A stretch of DNA of 64,000 nt from Planktothrix sp. GU0601_MAG3 (GTDB taxonomy: Bacteria > Cyanobacteriota > Cyanobacteriia > Cyanobacteriales > Microcoleaceae), in the NCBI GenBank assembly GCA_035193785.1, contig CP136572.1:1088001-1152000 (forward strand). The letters run 5' to 3'. Positions 46,649-56,970 of the stretch are shown one piece after another (positions within the stretch are counted from its first letter, which is position 1; each line of letters begins with the position of its first letter). The position numbers and the translations under genes were made by a program. Below the pieces are notes generated by a model. The model saw nothing but the letters and a program-made list of their open reading frames with translations, was not told the DNA's origin and did not search any database.

Positions 46649-47975
46649 CTAACCTTCAAAGGCTTCTCGTTTTAAATGTTCGGCCCATAACCAAAATGGA
46701 ACTACGCCACCTCCAATTAAAACAATGAAAATTACCAGTAACATGATCAGGCGAGTAGGTAAGGGAAGCGATCGCCCAAATGCAGTGATAGTATAACCTT
46801 TAGGTTTGGATTCTACAGATTGAACCATAACTTTTACATCATGTTTTGAACCTCGTTCTGGATTGGGTTCACTGTAGGTAATTTGATATTCTCCTAACAG
46901 AGCATTTAAAAATAAATTCAGTTTTTCTGCAACTGTTTGAGCATCGGCAGAAAATTCCGAAATCCCCCCAGTAAGTTGAGCAATTTCTGCTAAACGGGCT
47001 TGATCAACAAATTCTGCTTCTGGAACTTTCCCTTTTCCTTTTAATTTTCCCTTTCCTTTTTCTTTTTCTTTTTCAATATCTCTACGGGTTGCAGCCCGTC
47101 CTAAACCATATTTTTGACCCAGTTGTTCTGGTGTTAAACCATAACCCAAAGTATGAACAATAATCTGCTCATTTCGCTTTAATAAAGCTCTGAGATTTTC
47201 AAAGTCTTGTTCTTCATTGGGTTTGTTATGATAGCCGTCGGATAAGAGAATAATGGATAGTCTAGGTTGAGGTTGATTAGGATCTTCAGGAATTGCAAAA
47301 CGCGGATCGGCATCATTGGCTAAAAATCGAATTGCACGACTCAACGGTTTCATAAATATTTGTCGAGGCGCAAGGTGTTTCACTGGCTAAAAAATCCAGG
47401 TAGTTACTGAGTTTAAAATCTCCGGCTGGAAAAAACTTATCTAGGTTTTTTTCTCTGACTGGATAACCTTTTGCACAAGCAGCGCCAGGATCGCCAAAGG
47501 GAACAATAGAAACTTGTGGTTTGGGGCAGACTTGATTTTTAGGACAGCGTTCTGCTAGGGCATTTGTAAATTCTCTAACCGCATTAATGGCTCCGTCAAT
47601 TCGAGTTGTTCCTCGACTATCTTGTTGGTTCATACTGCCGCTATAGTCCAACAAAACAATAATCCAAGCCGGAGGCGGAATCGTCTCTTCGGGGCTTTTC
47701 CAATCTTTCCCGCGAAATTCTATGGGTCGATCATTAACAGTGAGTTTAAAATCTGTATCTTGCAGAAAAACTTCCGGTTTGTCATTGGCATCTTTAACCT
47801 TAATCCGAACTGTAACCCGATCCTCATTAACAAGTGGGTTATCAATGATTTCAACGGATTTAACCTGGGCTAAACTGGGACTACTAAAGTAACCTGCTAG
47901 TAGAATAGATACACTAAGCCTGCGTATCCAGAAACCGATTGTAGTAGACAAATCGATAGATTTTTTCATCATCAA
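46649..47975 (-). CDS. Exported vWA-domain protein with a C-terminal TM anchor; apparent frameshift near 47348
   Basis: Signal peptide ..PSLAQ; DYSGS, LSDG; C-terminal hydrophobic helix. Confidence 0.88.
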
Positions 47976-48994
47976 AAGGGTTCTGGTCTAGTGGATAAAA
48001 AGTCAGCAAATAGTTATGCCGTAAATGAATTTTACGACGCGATCCTAAGCGATCGCCATTTACTTCGATGGTTCGATAAAACCTGGGGTTAGGAAACTAA
48101 AATCGCTTCACGGGTTTTAATTTCTAACTCGGCTGCGTGCTTAGGTAAACCAGGGATACGAATATTGGCTTTTTCAGATGATCCGATTCTAATTTTACCC
48201 TTAGTAGGTAATTGAATGGATAACCCTTCTTCAATTTCATCGGCTTCGCTATCGCTGACAAATTTAAGTTGGGAAGTATCAATCCTAGGATTGAATTTAC
48301 TGTTGGTCTTTGCTTTGGGATCAAAATCTTCATATTTTTGCCCGGTGTATTCAAATCCGGCTCCGGCTCTCAGGGCTGCCATGTAGCTTGGAGAAGTGGA
48401 AATACTAAATACAAAACCAAGCAACATTCCCAAAATAGAAAACCCAACAGGATCTTCAATGCCTTTAAAAGCGGGGGGAAAAGCGCCAATTTGTCGCAAA
48501 ATTTCAAAAATTAGTGCTGCGGATAAACTGGCAATGATACTACCCGTTAAACTGGTTAATAACCGTTTTCGGTAGCGTTTGCGATCGCCTGCTTCTATGC
48601 TATGCCATCGCCAAGTGATGCCCTCAGCTAGACCAATAGAACTGCCAATTAGCAACCAAGAAACGATTCTCAAAATTCGAGTATCAAAGCGAATTTGAGG
48701 CAATAGAACGATTTGAGAAATTCCGCCCGTAACTAAACCAGACAAGATTCCGAATCCCATGGCAATCATAACAGGAATTACAGCAATTTGCAAGATTAAT
48801 TTCGGTCGAGTGGGACTACTAATTAAAACTTCTGTTAAGACCATTCCAATCGCCAAAGAGGAGGCAATGCAAGGAAATAACACAACTTCAGGAAACTGTT
48901 TTAGGATACCCAAATCGGTTAAAAAGATTTGACCGATATTCCAGCCAATTAAGGCGGAGGTAATTCCAGCTAGGATGTAAAAGTAAACTCTCAT
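47914..48994 (-). CDS. Multi-pass membrane protein with a C-terminal FHA-like domain; apparent frameshift near 48095
   Basis: About 6 Gly-rich TM segments; IRIGS..KANIRIPGLP.HAA...IEVNG after correction. Confidence 0.75.
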
Positions 48995-49012
48995 TTGACT
49001 TATGTTTTTTAG

Positions 49013-50426
49013 TTATTTTGCTGGATTATTTTTGAATTTTTCCTCTATTTTATTTGCAGTTTTACCTCCTTTTTCAATAATTCCATCGGGTTTGTCAAAT
49101 CCTTTTATGGCTTGTTGATAATTATATATAGCTATAACCAAATCTTGCTTTGTTTTATCGTCAAGATTTGTTATAGAATCAGAATTTGTATTTTTTAAAC
49201 CTAGAATCTGCATAATTTTCTGTTCATATTGCTCATTGACATTTCCATCAGCATTTTTAATAAGGTCTTCAATTGCTACTTGTGTCTCATTATCGAATTC
49301 CTCGACTGCCTTATTTAAAATTTTTTTATCTATCTTAGGTTCAGTAGTTGGAGTGGCAGAGGAAGTAGGTGAACTATTTGTTTCACCTGTTAGATTACTA
49401 TACTCAGACTTAAAAGCAGTTACTCGACCAATCGCTAATCCTCCACTAAAAGTCACTAACAAAATAGCTAAGGCAACTCCAACTCGCATATAACTTCCTC
49501 TAATTTCAAAATCTTTTAGTAAAAGTAAAAACAAGAGGTCAAGAAAAGTTACTTTTCTCTCTACCTGAACCCCATAAACATTAGAATGCCATCCATCTCT
49601 GCTTGCCAATTGAGAAAACATTCGTTTAGAAACTTTCCCTCTACCATAAGCAATATGAGAAAAAAATGCCGCTAATTTTGGTTGATCTTCTAACTTTTCA
49701 AATAAGTCAGCTAACGGTTTATAGTATTCTAGTTTAGGGACAGATGAATTTTTCCAGAAATTACTTATCTCTCCTAAAATTTTATACCATTCATCATGAC
49801 TGGTCAATTTAAAAGTTAAATTTTTTTCCACACTAGCAAATTTTTGCATTAATTTTAAATCATGATCTAAATAATCAGGAATAAAAACCTTGGAGTAAGA
49901 CCAACTCCAAAGTCCATCTGGTAGTCGTAATAACCGGACAGCAACTTCCACTTGTTCAGGATTTTCAAGTAAACTAGGAATTAGCCTTGTTACCCCCTCA
50001 ACTAGATTGTTAATTAAAATTAAGTTTGGAGTGTGCTTAGAAAGTTGAGTGAGAGCCTTTCCAATTTCAATTTGAAAATTCTCAGAAGTTTGATAATGAT
50101 CATCCTGTTTACCCCGCTTAGACATCCAGAATAGATAGTTTCGGTAACATCTCTGGAATTAAAATGGCTTGCAGGGTTAAAAGTCGAACCATTTGAGGGC
50201 TATATATTCCTAGCGATCTCGCATGATCCGCTCCTTGACTATCAAACAAAGATTTCCAGTAATCCTTAGTAACTTGGGGATCATTCAAGGCACTTTCTAA
50301 GATGAGAATTTGATCAAGCTTGACCTGTTCTCGACTACTTAACCCTTTAATTGCAGACTTAATCGGTAATTTCATTTGCTTTAAGGTGAAAGTCATTCCA
50401 GCTAGGATGTCAGGGTAAGTTCTCAT
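49013..50426 (-). CDS. Chimeric partial duplicate of the GAP1-like membrane protein with a divergent extracytoplasmic tail; apparent frameshift near 50139
   Basis: Near-identical to 51841-50900 from IKSAIKGLSSREQVK through the TM helix; tail AIYNYQ...DGII. Confidence 0.75.
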
Positions 50427-50454
50427 TTTACGGCGAATTTTGAGTTTTCTATAT

Positions 50455-52552
50455 TCATTTGTTTAATTTTTCTTGTATTTTCTTCGCAGTGTCACGTTCT
50501 GTATCAATAATTCCATCAGCTTTTAAGGGTTTGCCATTGAAGCTATTGTTTTTTTGATAATTATATATAGCTTCAACCCACTTTGTTTTAAGTTTAGTAT
50601 CTTTTATGGAATCATAAGTTAAAGGTGTTAAACCTAGAATCTGCATAATTTGCTGTTTAGCTAAGTTATTGCCGCTGTCCTCAGCCTTTTTAATAATGTC
50701 TTCAATTGCTACTTTTGTCCTCTGATCGAATTCCGTGACTGCATTAGCCTCATCAAAATCTGCTGGAGGTTTATTAGATTGAGTAGCTGAAGGGGTAGGG
50801 GACTTAGGTGAATTTCCTTGAATAGTTTTTTGATCTGATCCATCACTAGGCTTAGAAGTAGTTGAAGGTTGAGGAGTTTCTGGTTGTTTATCAGCCGTTA
50901 CTCTACCAATTGCTAACCCTCCACTAAAAGTCACTAATAAAATAGCTAAAGCAACTCCAACGCGCATATCAATTCCTCCAATTTCAAATTTTTTTAGTAA
51001 AAGTAAAAACAAGAGTTCAAGAAAAGTAACTTTTCCCTCTACGTTAACCCCATAAACATCACAATACCATCCATCTCTGTTTGCTAGTTTAGAAAAGATC
51101 TGTTTAGGAACTTCCCCTTTACCATAAGCAATATGAGAAAATAAAGCTGCTAATTTTGGCGGTTTTTCTAACTTTTCAAATAAGTCAGCTAACGGTTTAT
51201 AGTCTTCTAGTTTAGGTGGAGCATCCTTTTTCCAAAAATAACTTATCTTTTCTAAAATTTGATTCCATTCATCATGACTGGTCAATTTATAAGTTGCTTT
51301 TTTGTCGCCCCTAGCAAAGTTTGGCATAGAGATCAAATAATGCTCTAAATTCGGAATAAAAAACTTGGAGTAAGACCAACTCCAAAGCCCATTCGGTAGC
51401 TTTAATAACCAGACAGCAACCTCGACTTGTTCAGGATGTTTAAGTAAGCTAGGAATTAGCCTTGTTACCCCCTCAACTAGATTGTTAATTAAAATTAAGT
51501 TTGGAGTGTGCTTATAAAGTTGAGTGAGAGCCTTTCCAATTTCAATTTGAAAATTCTCAGAAGTTTGATAACGATCATCCTGTTTACCCTGCTTAGACAT
51601 CCAGAATAGATAGTTTCGGTAACATCTCTGGAATTAAAATCGCTTGTAGGGTCAAAAGCCTCACCATTTGAGGGCTATATATTCCTAGCGTTCGCCCTTG
51701 AGTCGCCCCTTCACTATTAAACAAAGATTCCCAGTAATCCTTAGTAACTTGAGGATTATTTAAAGCCTGTTCTAAGATGTGAATTTGCTCAGGTTTGACC
51801 TGTTCTCGACTACTCAACCCTTTAATTGCAGACTTAATCGACTGTTCCCCAGAAATATTAACCGTATATTGGGGTGTAATAGCAGTGATTCTTCGCAACA
51901 GTTGTTCAGCTTTTTCACTGGCAGGTTGAATCACTTGAAACCGTGTTGGCTGTTCCAATGCCTCCACTTTAAATGCCCAAGAAATCAGTTGATTTTCTGC
52001 GATTTGACCTGCCATTTCATTTAAAATTAGAAGCGTGCAACGTTCCTGCCAAGGAATAATAATCGGTGTGGGATTATCAAGTAACAATTTAAACTCATCC
52101 CGTAAAGGGATAGGGTCTGAACCTGTAATAGTATAAACAGTTTTACTGCCAATCTTTTTAACATCATCGGGATTAAAAACCGGAAAGGGGCGTTGATTAA
52201 TAATCCAAGCTAAAATATTACCCAGATTGCCAATTCCTTCACACAAAAAATAACGATACATCGAAGCACTCCGTCCCCGATCATCTCGACCTTTTGTAAC
52301 AACAGCAATCACTGACCATTCCTCACCATTGTCCGATATTTCACGGCCAATAACCGCAGGTTCATCACTAGAAGCACCCTCTGCAACAGCAAATTCTCGG
52401 TTCCTGATCGCTCTTTGAACCGCCCCAGGAATTTGATCAAGGGTACTATTCATATATTCCCCTGTAAACCCCAGCGAAACCCAACCCGTGCCGACCCCTT
52501 TAAATTCAATTCCGGTGCTAAATTCGTAAATTTCGATTTCTGATGGACTCAT
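50455..52552 (-). CDS. GTPase-associated (GAP1-N-like) protein with a TM helix and peptidoglycan-binding-like tail; apparent frameshift near 51614
   Basis: N-terminal domain with GRDDRGR..YRYF; TM VGVALAILLVTFSGGLAIG; AIYNYQ...LKADGII; follows the GTPases directly. Confidence 0.65.
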
Positions 52553-52556
52553 AATA

Positions 52557-53478
52557 TTAATCCTTATCTAAGTCTTTGTGACGCTCGCCTGTGCAGAGCC
52601 AATAAATGGGAGCAACTAAACCGAAAGGTCGCCACCGTTTAGGAGTTTTAATAATAGAAGTTGTGCCATCGCGATCGCGATTCAACCGTTTAGAATTGGG
52701 TTCAGGAAATTGACTTCCTAACATCCCAAAGGCAGAAGTTGTAAAGTAATCGACTTGACCTACCCCCATATTTTCCCAAGCTTGTAATTTCCGATGAACT
52801 TGCGGAAATCGCATAATTGCTAACTCTCTAGGTTTATGGCGATTTACCCACAATTCTGATTGTTCACATTTAGACATCACAAAGGCAATTCGTCGCTTAC
52901 TCATGCCAATATCTGTCCGATCCAATGCCATCAAAAACTTATCTAAGCCATTGGCATATTCAGCATCTTTCCGATGGGTTGTACCATCGACAAGAAACAT
53001 AATTCCTGATGCTTGTAAACAATCTTCTAGGTAATCTTCTAGGCGAGAATCTCCGGTTTTATGCAGTAAATCGCTGAAAAATTCCCCCGCATAATCTTTA
53101 CAACTAATATTAAGCCGAACCAGTTGAGATCGCAAGGTTGCTTTCCCATCTTTCCACGAAAATTGACCTTTTAAAACAATACTTAATGTGTAGTCTTTCA
53201 CATCTTGCGCCATTGCATTTAAGTCAGTGGGTTCTAGTTCTAACCCCTGTTCTAAAATGTTTTGAGCTTTAGTAATCAGTTCACTTCCCTCATCGCCAAC
53301 GGGAATCACACTTTGTACTGGACTATTGGGATCAGCATTTGGCCAATAGGCTAAGGATGCCATATAAGCTGTTTTGCCAGAACTGCGATCGCCTATCACC
53401 CGTAACACCGCATCTTTATCAATAGATTGGGGTTTCCGTTGAACTTTTTTTCGGATTTGTTTTGAGCCAATCTAGCAC
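52557..53478 (-). CDS. TRAFAC-like GTPase 3; apparent frameshift near 53460
   Basis: G1 GDRSSGKT, G3 DYAGE, G4 SKCE, G5 TSAFG. Confidence 0.85.
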
Positions 53479-53484
53479 GATTTT

Positions 53485-54300
53485 CTATCCTTTTTTACTC
53501 AGCCAATACAGAGGGTCAATCATGTTGTAAGGACGCCAATTGGAGACTTCCCTTAAAACCGAAGCTTTTCCATCTTTTCCCTGTTCATCAATTCGATTGG
53601 GACGAGGATCAGTTCTTTGGAGAACTCCAAAAGTTGATAAGGCATAAAACCTTAAATTTTTCGGAGAAACTCTTTCTTTTAAGGTGGCTTTAGTATTCGG
53701 TAAATGGACTCCAAACAAATCAATTTCGGGTTCAATTCTTCCTGGCCAAAGTTCTCCTCGTTCACACTTACTCATGGCAATTGCTAATTTTAAATCCTTG
53801 AGTCGATCATTAACATCCATGAGGTCAATAAATCGATTCATTACCCGATTATAAAATTTATCAGTTCCCTTTTTCCATTCAGGTAATAAAATTAAACAAC
53901 CGACAACATCTTTCATCAAGCATTCCTTAATGAATTCTTCATGAATAGAATCCGATAGGTTAGGTTCAGCAATTTTTTCAAACACTTCTCCTGGGTAATC
54001 TCGTACATTCAATTGAAAAGATTCCGTTTTACTGAAAACATTCTTTTTGATTTCAATATTAAAAAAATAAAATGGCAAATCATCAACGGATTGAATCACA
54101 TCCCCAATCACCGTTGGTTCCACAGATTCCCCTTGACAAATGATATTTTCTGCTTTATCTGCAATTGCCCTAGAATCATCATTCAGAGGTTGCAAGTTAA
54201 AATTTTTTGATTTACTACTCAGTCGCTTTTTATAAGCTAAAGCGGCTAAATAGGTTGTCTTTCCCGAAGCTCGTGGCCCAATAATGCAAATGTTGCCCAT
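53485..54300 (-). CDS. TRAFAC-like GTPase 2
   Basis: G1 GPRASGKT, G3 DYPGE, G4 SKCE, G5 LSTFG; aggag RBS. Confidence 0.87.
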   Translation of the reverse strand: MGNICIIGPRASGKTTYLAALAYKKRLSSKSKNFNLQPLNDDSRAIADKAENIICQGESVEPTVIGDVIQSVDDLPFYFFNIEIKKNVFSKTESFQLNVRDYPGEVFEKIAEPNLSDSIHEEFIKECLMKDVVGCLILLPEWKKGTDKFYNRVMNRFIDLMDVNDRLKDLKLAIAMSKCERGELWPGRIEPEIDLFGVHLPNTKATLKERVSPKNLRFYALSTFGVLQRTDPRPNRIDEQGKDGKASVLREVSNWRPYNMIDPLYWLSKKG

Positions 54301-54313
54301 TCTCACTCTCCTT

Positions 54314-55064
54314 TTATTTAGCAAAAAAACTTCCAAAGTAAATCCAAGGAAGTTCCAACAAATCTCGATTCTTGATGCTGGTAATAAAGCATCTTACCGC
54401 TAACCCTGAAACTTTTTTATTAATTTCTTTGATTTGGCTATGAATCGGTTTAAAATATCGTTGAAAAATATAATCATGTCGTTGCTGCCAGTTCATTCGA
54501 GAACGGTTGGGGATATAAGCCAGTTGACTTGCTTCTTTTTGCAAATCACAAAATAAATCTGCTTTATTCAAGCAAAGAGCTAAATGTCGAATTTTGGGAC
54601 AATCTTGGTGGAAGAAATCAACCCATCGATTAAACCGATTACACCATTGTTCTTGGGTAATAAAAAGATCAAGATCATAACTAGGTTTAATCAATTCTCG
54701 ATAGGGAGGAAGAATTAATAAAATCCCCTCACTTTGACGCAAACTTTCTAAAAATATCTTCCACTGATCAGAATTTTTAGATTGCCAAGTTTTGCGCCAG
54801 ATTTCACCAGGGGTATCGATCCAGTCTAAAGAAATTTGTTTAGAAACCCGTAGGGAGGGTAACTTGTATTTCTAAAGTCCTTTCATAACTGGCTTGTGCA
54901 GCCTCAGTCGCCCTTGTTCGTTGGAGTTCCTGATCAAATAGGAATCCTTTCAGGTACTCATAGTCTGGACTGATCACTTTGACATAATTGCCGTTAGGAT
55001 GGGCTAACTCCATTGCTAAGGAAGTTTTGCCCGTTTCGCGATCGCCGATGTAAATAACTCCCAC
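54314..55064 (-). CDS. TRAFAC-like GTPase 1; apparent frameshift near 54844
   Basis: G1 GDRETGKT, G3 DTPGE (in the restored frame), G4 NKAD, G5 TSI; gaggtg RBS before GTG. Confidence 0.87.
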
Positions 55065-55203
55065 TAAGATCACCTCTGGTTTTTAAGTCTGGACTACATT
55101 CTGGCTAATTAGGGCTTCTTGTTATCTATTGATTGAAGCCTTAGAATTTTACGCCAATCTTGAGATTTCGTTACAATACTTCACAATATTTTTTGATTTC
55201 TCC

Positions 55204-55624
55204 TCATTTATAACTGACATTTTGTAAAAAAATTTGGGTGCGACAGTTATTCAGGGCCGCCATTGTTTTCTCATTAAATTGATCGATAGATTGACACATG
55301 ATAAAAACTCCAGCTTTAGCATTCCGGCCAATAGCAGTCAATTCTTCATAATCAATATTTTTTAATCGTGGAGCTTCATCACAAATAATGTAAGTCGGAG
55401 TCCAATTATGGTTGGGATTTCTCATCCGACGATACATCACATTCATTACATAGCTGATCATTACACCCGCCAAGGAAGAACCAAACTTTCCATCGGCTAA
55501 GGATTGGCCAATAACTAGGGTATGTTTAGAGGTTCCATTTAAAGCCGGAAATAAATAAATCCCAGTATTTCCATCACAAATAGACTTGACATGGGGATCT
55601 TTAAAGGGACTCAGTTTATTTTGT
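55204..55624 (-). pseudogene. VirD4/TraG-like coupling ATPase, internal/C-terminal remnant
   Basis: IICDEAP (Walker B), GR..K.GV...CQSIDQ, NNCRTQIFL; 5' part cut exactly at the IS701 terminus. Confidence 0.7.
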
Positions 55625-56312
55625 CAGGACTTACGCAAGCACGCTATATATAGCGTATCAAAAGTAGGCGATCGCATACCAATGATAATAGCAATCGCCC
55701 TAAAAAGTCCTAATTATTTATTTAAAAATAAACCTAAAACAATCAAACAAGTTCCATTTTTATCGAAGGGAAATTCAGTTCTTTGATTAAATAATTTGAC
55801 AGAGATTCAGCTTTTAACTGATAGACTGTTTTTTTGTCAGATGAGCTAATCTTTTCAATTGATTCCAAACTAAAATGGCACAAGCAATATGATTTCTTTG
55901 AATACTAGCTTTACGACACTGGCAAGATTCAATCCCGGTTAATTGCTTAATTTCTCGGTGAAACTCCTCTATTTTCCAGCGAATAGCACAGGTTTTTTTC
56001 GCATCTGATGTGGATGCTTGAGTTAAGTCATTAGTTGCTACATATTCCGTTCTGTTGGTAGAAACAATAACCCGAAATAGTTGGACTTTTTGATTTTTAT
56101 GGAAATTCTTGATTTTGATTAACTTCCCTGATTTTTATTCAGTATTAGACCAGTTTAACTTCTCAATTGATTGGTATTTTTCTTTTCCTCCTGTGTCATC
56201 TACTAAACGATTCTTTTTTAATGGACAATAATAAATTTTTCCTAATTCATCAATCATTGCCATTAGTTTTTGTGACCCATACCAACTATCCATAAGGACT
56301 TTTGCGAAGGGG
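55625..56312 (-). mobile_element. Truncated IS701-family element (3' half of transposase with an internal stop)
   Basis: KVLMDSWY...PLKKNRLVDD...RWKIEEFHREIKQLTGIESCQCRK..IQRNHI; terminus caggacttacgca. Confidence 0.88.
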
Positions 56313-56315
56313 ATT

Positions 56316-56465
56316 AGTACCAGTGAATTAATTGATTGGTTTAAAGCCCTTTATGACTATCCTACGGGGGAAATTCAAGCGATGCTCAAAAAACCAGGAA
56401 TTCCTCTACCGAGTACGTTGCTCAAAGATCATCAGAATTCTAATAGTTATCAGGATTTAACCTAA
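56316..56465 (+). pseudogene. C-terminal remnant of a MoxR-type AAA+ ATPase
   Basis: STSELIDWFKAL...P.PSTLLKD followed by a stop; fused to the IS701 remnant. Confidence 0.7.
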
Positions 56466-56696
56466 AATCTCAAATCCAGTAGCGATTGTGTTATATTTTG
56501 ATAGTTTAAGCCTTGAAATCAATTTCAGCCTAAGAACTAAAGCCCGTTGAAACGGGTTAATCAAGATCAGTATTGAGTAATCTTTAGATGACTTCAGCTA
56601 TTAGCCCGAACTTTAGTTCAGGGCATTAATAACTTAAAGTGATCTCCCTAATTTCCCAACTGAAACTCTATAACCCTGTAAAACCTAACCTCAAAA

Positions 56697-56970
56697 ATGA
56701 CAACCGCTTTACCTCTGCTAAAATTATTTGAACAACTCAAAAAAGCTGGATTTCCCCTAAGAATTGACCAGTATAATTTTGCAGTGGAAGCCTTAACCCA
56801 GTCTATTGAGGATGGTTTTGATCCGACTAATTTTGATAAAATAAAATACCTTTGTCAAGCCATTTGGGTTAAATCTCCAGAAGAACAACATCGGTTTGAT
56901 ACCTGTTGGCAAGAGTTGATTTTAAGTTCAAAAAATTCCGTTGAGACCCCCCCAACCCCCCTTGGAAATG
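56697..56970 (+). pseudogene. N-terminal fragment of a MoxR-partner vWA protein, truncated at a REP/ISAs1 junction
   Basis: PLL.LF..L...GFPL.IDQY.....AL.....LCQAIWVKS.EEQ..F; follows the MoxR remnant. Confidence 0.65.

Noticed and set aside
50118..51620. Programmed frameshift or true gene split in both GAP1-like copies
   Set aside because: Both junctions are the GAAAC context seen window-wide; one-base correction gives the continuous frame EMLPNYLFWMSK
55204..55624. Conjugative element / ICE
   Set aside because: Only a VirD4-like fragment; no relaxase, VirB genes or integrase in the window
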